Source of the DNA: an uncultured Atopobium sp.
GTDB taxonomy: Bacteria > Actinomycetota > Coriobacteriia > Coriobacteriales > Atopobiaceae
Assembly (NCBI GenBank): GCA_963507085.1
Contig: CAUORV010000001.1
Location: 1 to 32,823 of the forward strand
Length of the DNA stretch: 32,823 nucleotides
Direction of reading: 5' to 3'
Position numbers and translations under genes: made by a program
In this document: piece by piece, positions 29,101 through 32,823 of the stretch
Position numbering within the stretch: position 1 is the stretch's first letter
How the letters are laid out: the number at the start of each line of letters is the position of its first letter
Notes under the pieces: generated by a model
What the model was told of the DNA's origin: nothing
Database searches by the model: none
Seen by the model: the letters and a program-made list of their open reading frames with translations, nothing else

Positions 29101-30570
29101 ACTGCAGTTGGTATTATCGCAGCTCAGTCCATTGGTGAGCCTGGTACTCAGTTGACCATGCGTACCATTCACTCCGGTGGTGTTGCAGGCGCAGACGATA
29201 TTACGCAGGGTCTTCCTACCGTTGCTCGTATGTTCGACGTCGTCGGTAACGTCAACGAGAAGATTCTTGGCCGCGAGGCTGACCTGGCTCCTGTTTCTGG
29301 TGTTCTTCACATTACCCCAGAGACCACCGAGTACCTGCTGCGTATTGTTGATGCAGACGATGCTTCCCGTGTTATCGAGGAGTGGCGTGTACCTGCATCC
29401 GTCCGCTTCATGCCTGGCATTGAGGATGGCGTTGTTGTCCGTGCTGGTGACCAGATTACCCGCGGCTTCGTCAACTTCCGTATGCTCCGTCGACTCACTG
29501 ACATTGAGTCCACTATGCACACCTTCGTTGAGTCCGTTAAGGACGTCTATACCTCCCAGGGTGTAGAACTCAACGATAAGCACATCGAGGTTATCGCACG
29601 TCAGATGCTTCGTCGTGTTCAGGTTACCAACCCAGGTGACTCTTCGTACCTGCTTGGTCAGTACGTGGACCGCTACGTCTTCGCAGAGACTGTCCAGAAC
29701 ATTGCTCTTGCTGGTGGTACTCCACCAGAGGCAGAGCCAGCAATCCTCGGTACTCTGAAGGTTGCAAGCTCTATCGATTCTTGGCTCTCCAGCGCATCGT
29801 TCATCCGTACTGCAGGCGTTCTTACCTCTGCAGCTATCGAGGGCGACGTTGACCACCTGCTTGACCTCAAGTCCAACGTTATTGTTGGTAAGCAGATTCC
29901 TGCAGGTACGGGTCTCTCCGCATACAACGATGTTGAGCTTACCTACCACGGCACCAAGATTGATGGCCCAACCTCTTCTCTTGCTAAGTCTCTTCCAGAC
30001 TGGGCACCAGCAGAGCTTAAGGACATCGAGGAGCAGCTTCCTAAGCAGCTTGACTGGGTCAACGAGGATTACAACGGTGGCGTTTACTCCAAGAATGGCC
30101 GCACGCTTTCAAGCGAGGACGCAAAGCTGTACCTCTTCGACGATCTTGGCGTGTCACAGCGTTGGACCAACAAGTTCAGCGAGGTTGGCATTGAGACCGT
30201 AGGCGATCTTATCGGCAAGACTGAGGAAGACCTGCTTCGCATTGATGGTATTGGTGCAAAGGCAATCGAGGAGCTTCGCGATGGCCTTGAGGCTCGTAAC
30301 CTCCTTTACATCCTTGAGCCAGAAGAGGATGAGGCTGATTCTGAGGATCTTTCTCAGCTGCTCAACATGGTCTTCTCGCCAGAAGGCGATGGTGGCCTGA
30401 TGCTGGGTTCCGCAGCTCCATCCACTCACTCTGATTACACCGAGACACTCATCGGCTCTTCTTCCGACGAGGTCAGCCCTGATGTAATCAACGAGGACCT
30501 TGGTTCTCTGGATGACCTGCTTAACCAGGTTGTCCGTATGGACGCTGAGGCAGACGGCGAAGACGAGTAA
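26140..30570 (+). CDS. rpoC: DNA-directed RNA polymerase subunit beta', with C-terminal alpha-CTD-like extension
   Basis: Zn finger [17 protein letters not shown], catalytic [15 protein letters not shown]. Acidic coiled-coil insert (~26563-26808) at the position of the actinobacterial beta' insert. 1476 aa. Confidence 0.99.
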   Translation: MADFDSTEFDAIKISLASADDIRGWSYGEVKKPETINYRTLKPEKDGLFCEKIFGPVRDWECACGKYKGIRFKGITCERCGVEVTTAKVRRDRMGHIELAAPVSHIWYFKSPTSFPLARLLDIKSKDLEKVLYFASYVITSVDTEAREADVDDLREELAADIEELDAERDDQIARLREQGQPQDDEFGDFEPLSEDEIRAGVADLEEEYEEEKTLRREAFEKFMQLETRELISDEGLFSELKRYYGIYFKGGMGAEAVRDLLSNIDLEKEAKELRAIIANEDAQKQKREKAIKRLEIVDAFLKGGNDPANMILDVVPVIPPDLRPMVQLDGGRFAASDLNDLYRRVINRNNRLKRLLDLDAPSIIVNNEKRMLQESVDALFDNGRRGRPVTGRGGRPLKSLAEALKGKQGRFRQNLLGKRVDYSGRSVIVVDPHLKLHQCGLPSAMALELFKPFVMRRLVELRKVENIKGAKRAIDRGTPVVWDVLDEVIQDRLVLLNRAPTLHRLSIQAFEPVLIEGKAIHLHPLVCAPFNADFDGDQMSVHVPLSTQAQTEARILMLSSNNLRSPASGKVLTVPSQDMVFGVYYLTSEKTGEDAKTLTFASFEDALLAIEANRDLDIQAKVVVRVSSKDANVADSDRAIFRVMTGRGQYEDLDVTEGTKRFETTVGRIIFNRQCLPEDYPYINYKMVKSDIGVLVNDCCDRYPMADVEPILDNIKKTGFHYATLAGLTVSVWDAVIPPHKPQLLQEAQDRVDQINEYYEDGFLSERERHVEVVNAWTECTDFLGSEMLTGFAENNPIYMMADSGARGSKTQLRQLAGMRGLMADMSGETIDLPIKANFREGLEPLEYFISTYGARKGLVDTASHTSDSGYLTRRLVDVAQDVIVREEDCGTDEAVTYPLIKPGQTSVDTDLIGRCTLEDVCDPNTGEVLIPAGGYVESKQDLERLVEHGLAKVQLRALLTCKSKYGVCQKCYGWDLSTRRPVNIGTAVGIIAAQSIGEPGTQLTMRTIHSGGVAGADDITQGLPTVARMFDVVGNVNEKILGREADLAPVSGVLHITPETTEYLLRIVDADDASRVIEEWRVPASVRFMPGIEDGVVVRAGDQITRGFVNFRMLRRLTDIESTMHTFVESVKDVYTSQGVELNDKHIEVIARQMLRRVQVTNPGDSSYLLGQYVDRYVFAETVQNIALAGGTPPEAEPAILGTLKVASSIDSWLSSASFIRTAGVLTSAAIEGDVDHLLDLKSNVIVGKQIPAGTGLSAYNDVELTYHGTKIDGPTSSLAKSLPDWAPAELKDIEEQLPKQLDWVNEDYNGGVYSKNGRTLSSEDAKLYLFDDLGVSQRWTNKFSEVGIETVGDLIGKTEEDLLRIDGIGAKAIEELRDGLEARNLLYILEPEEDEADSEDLSQLLNMVFSPEGDGGLMLGSAAPSTHSDYTETLIGSSSDEVSPDVINEDLGSLDDLLNQVVRMDAEADGEDE

Positions 30571-30620
30571 GTAATCTCGCCTGATACATCAAATTTTTCG
30601 GAGATTAACTCCGATACACA

Positions 30621-30654
30621 AGAGGACTTCAGCCGTTAGCTGGAGTCCTCTTTT
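30621..30654 (+). terminator. Intrinsic terminator after rpoC
   Basis: AGAGGACTTCAGC-cgtta-GCTGGAGTCCTCT followed by TTT. Confidence 0.8.
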
Positions 30655-30753
30655 AGTTGGGCGTAGACGGGAGAGTATCGGTATATACTAATCTTTTATG
30701 AATTACGTTTGGTAAGTCATGAACTCTGCGACTCTCAAAAGATAGGAATAGCA

Positions 30754-31137
30754 ATGGATAGTCATTCCCACGACTCTGAACAGTGCGAGCACACCCATTC
30801 TACGTGCGATTACGTTTCTGATCAGAAGCTGAACGAATACCTGGTAAACGACGACATCATCTATGATGCAACCCAGATTTTTGATGCACTGTCTGATTTC
30901 ACGCGATTCCAGATTTTGGGCGCCCTGGTAAACGGCGAGAAAAGCGTAACAGAGCTGCAAGAAATGCTTTCGGTATCTCAGTCAGCAACCTCTCACCAGT
31001 TGCGTCTTTTGCGCGACCGCGGTCTTGTCAATGCAAAAAGAGATGGCAGAAAAGTTATCTATTCACTTGCAGATGAGCACGTCACAACGCTAATCCGCGT
31101 TGGCCTTGCACACGCCGCACACCTGTTGGGTCATTAA
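30754..31137 (+). CDS. ArsR/SmtB family metal-sensing transcriptional repressor
   Basis: FDALSDFTRFQIL, SQSATSHQLRLL, RDGRKVIYSL; alpha5 site D-x-H-x10-H-x2-H; His/Cys-rich N-terminus. Confidence 0.92.
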   Translation: MDSHSHDSEQCEHTHSTCDYVSDQKLNEYLVNDDIIYDATQIFDALSDFTRFQILGALVNGEKSVTELQEMLSVSQSATSHQLRLLRDRGLVNAKRDGRKVIYSLADEHVTTLIRVGLAHAAHLLGH

Positions 31138-31166
31138 CATACGTATCGGAATTGTGGAGAGAACTT

Positions 31167-31841
31167 ATGGGTGAGTATCGCATCATTGAAGTTAAGCAGA
31201 GTGTTTTTGCAGCTAACGAGAAAAGCGCCGATCAACTAAGAGAAGAAATGAAGAAAAAGGGAACTCTGCTGGTAAACCTTATGTCTTCTCCAGGTTCTGG
31301 CAAAACTACCACCCTTAAAAAGACCATTGCTGCCCTGAAAGATAAGGTTTCCATTGCTGTTATGGAAGCTGATATTGATTCAGATGTTGATGCTGCTGCT
31401 ATTTCAGAAACGGGCGTGAAAGCCATTCAGCTGCATACTGGCGGCATGTGTCACCTCGATGCGCATATGTGCGCTCAGGGTCTTGAAGGTCTCAACGCAG
31501 GTGATGTGGACCTGATTTTTTTATAGAACGTTGGGAACTTGGTATGTCCGGCAGAGTTTGACACAGGTGCCGGCATAAACGTCACTATTCTTTCTGTTCC
31601 CGAAGGCGACGATAAGCCGTTGAAATACCCTTTGATGTATCAGGTCTGTGATGTGGTGCTTGTTAACAAAATAGACGTAGCACCGTATTTTGATTTTGAC
31701 CTGGAAAAACTCAAGGAAAATGTGGCCCTTAGAAATCCAAAGGCGGTTGTTATTCCTTTCTCTGCCAAAACTGGGGAAGGATTAGACGCTTGGACTGAAT
31801 GGCTTTCTCGCAAAGTTGCTGAGTGGAAAAGCAGTCAGTAA
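31167..31841 (+). pseudogene. hypB: Hydrogenase nickel incorporation GTPase HypB, interrupted by an in-frame TAG at 31524-31526
   Basis: SSPGSGKTT, GGMCHLDA, LIFL*NVGNLVCPAEFD, EGDDKPLKYP, NKID, SAKTGEG. The two track ORFs share one frame, and the stop replaces the conserved Glu of ENVGNLVCP. Confidence 0.85.
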
Positions 31842-31888
31842 CCAATGGCTAGCGCTTAAAGAATGTCTTATGCCTGATAGGAGAGGTC

Positions 31889-32823
31889 ATGGCAGAGGAA
31901 GTACCAGCACGTAAGACCCCAAAAGGTGAAAATGCCATGCGTGGTAGTCTTACTGATGAAGAAATTGCACGCAGAAATGTATTGCCAACTACTAACCCTG
32001 CTGGCGGTCCTACTCGCATACTCGCTCAAAATCACATTACTGAAAATGACGAGGTAGTTCATTACAAAACTGTAGATCCAAATGAGCCTGGACCAGCTTC
32101 TTCTGAGCAATTTAAGCCTCTTGTAAGAGATGAAGTTCAAAAAATTACGAGTCGCCTTGGTCACAAAATTGTAAAAGATGACCCAGAATATTGGGGCATA
32201 GCAGCAATTATGACTGAGGAAGAAGCTACGGTAACCAAATATATGAAGGTTCGTCAGCCAGTTACCTTAGAGGAGCTTTGCAAGCGTACTGGAAAAACTG
32301 CGGGGGAGCTTCAGCCTATCCTAGACACCCTGTCTGTAAAGGGCATGATTGAGTACAACTGGGAAAACAAGAGCAAGCAAAAGCAGTATGTTCTTCCTAT
32401 GTTTGTTCCTGGCTCCGCAGAGTTTACCGTGATGAACGAGCGTCAACTCGAAGAACATCCCGAGATGGGTTCTTTGTTTGAGCGTATGACCTATCTACCG
32501 CTCAAAAATGTCACCAAGTTAGTTCCTGAAGGCGGCGCGGGCGTTGGTATGCATGTCATTCCTGTTGAACGATCCATTGAGCAGGTAAATCACACAGTTA
32601 CTGTCGAGCATATTTCGCATTGGCTCAAGAAATACGATAGATATGCTGCAACTCCCTGTTCTTGTCGTCTTGCTGAGCGAGTTCGTGGCGACGGCTGTGC
32701 TGACGATCCAGAAGATTGGTGTCTTGCCATTGGAGATATGGCTGATTACTGCGTAGAAACAGGAAAAGGCCACTACATCACCTACGATGAGGTTATCGAT
32801 ATCTGTACAAAGGCCGAGAAAAA
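31889..32823 (+). CDS. Large Cys-rich putative Fe-S/FAD oxidoreductase, N-terminal part (runs off window end)
   Basis: Open frame from ATG 31889 (RBS GGAGAGG) to the end: ...DDPEYWG...YVLPMFVPGSAEF...GVGMHVIPVE...PCSCR...GCADDPEDWCLAIGDMADYCVETG. Resembles, from memory, the N-terminus of large pyridine nucleotide-disulfide oxidoreductases of anaerobes. The FAD/NAD motifs are not in the window. Confidence 0.65.
   Translation, partial: MAEEVPARKTPKGENAMRGSLTDEEIARRNVLPTTNPAGGPTRILAQNHITENDEVVHYKTVDPNEPGPASSEQFKPLVRDEVQKITSRLGHKIVKDDPEYWGIAAIMTEEEATVTKYMKVRQPVTLEELCKRTGKTAGELQPILDTLSVKGMIEYNWENKSKQKQYVLPMFVPGSAEFTVMNERQLEEHPEMGSLFERMTYLPLKNVTKLVPEGGAGVGMHVIPVERSIEQVNHTVTVEHISHWLKKYDRYAATPCSCRLAERVRGDGCADDPEDWCLAIGDMADYCVETGKGHYITYDEVIDICTKAEK

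Noticed and set aside
31524..31526. Pyrrolysine or stop-codon reassignment in hypB
   Set aside because: The position is a conserved Glu one substitution from TAG. TAG is used as a true stop by tatA, greA, lysS, rpmG, nusG, rplK and rpoB in this window.

Overview
Core-genome region of an anaerobic actinobacterium. Coriobacteriia/Atopobiaceae is my inference from the actinobacterial beta' coiled-coil insert, a GC of roughly 50-55% and a Firmicutes-like gene order. Gene order: partial malolactic/malic enzyme (-), spermidine-synthase-like methyltransferase (-), tatA, greA, lysS, clpC, disA, ispD, ispF, an AT-rich orphan ABC exporter (-), cysS, rlmB, a YacP/Rae1-type NYN nuclease, tRNAs Thr/Tyr/Thr/Met, tuf, rpmG, tRNA-Trp, secE, nusG, rplK, rplA, rplJ, rplL, rpoB, rpoC, an ArsR/CzrA-type regulator, a hypB broken by an in-frame TAG, and a partial Cys-rich oxidoreductase. 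Three things stand out. (1) The RNA polymerase is unusual: fork loop 2 of beta is rebuilt and extended, the beta' bridge helix, trigger loop and switch 1 are non-canonical, and an alpha-CTD-like domain is fused to the beta' C-terminus. (2) Two related intergenic 118/120-bp cassettes (three direct ~31-bp units plus one inverted unit) each occur twice in swapped order, alongside a dispersed intergenic 12-mer GGCGAGAAACCC. (3) An ArsR-hypB-oxidoreductase cluster with no hydrogenase in view may point to an uncharacterised metal (Ni) client enzyme.
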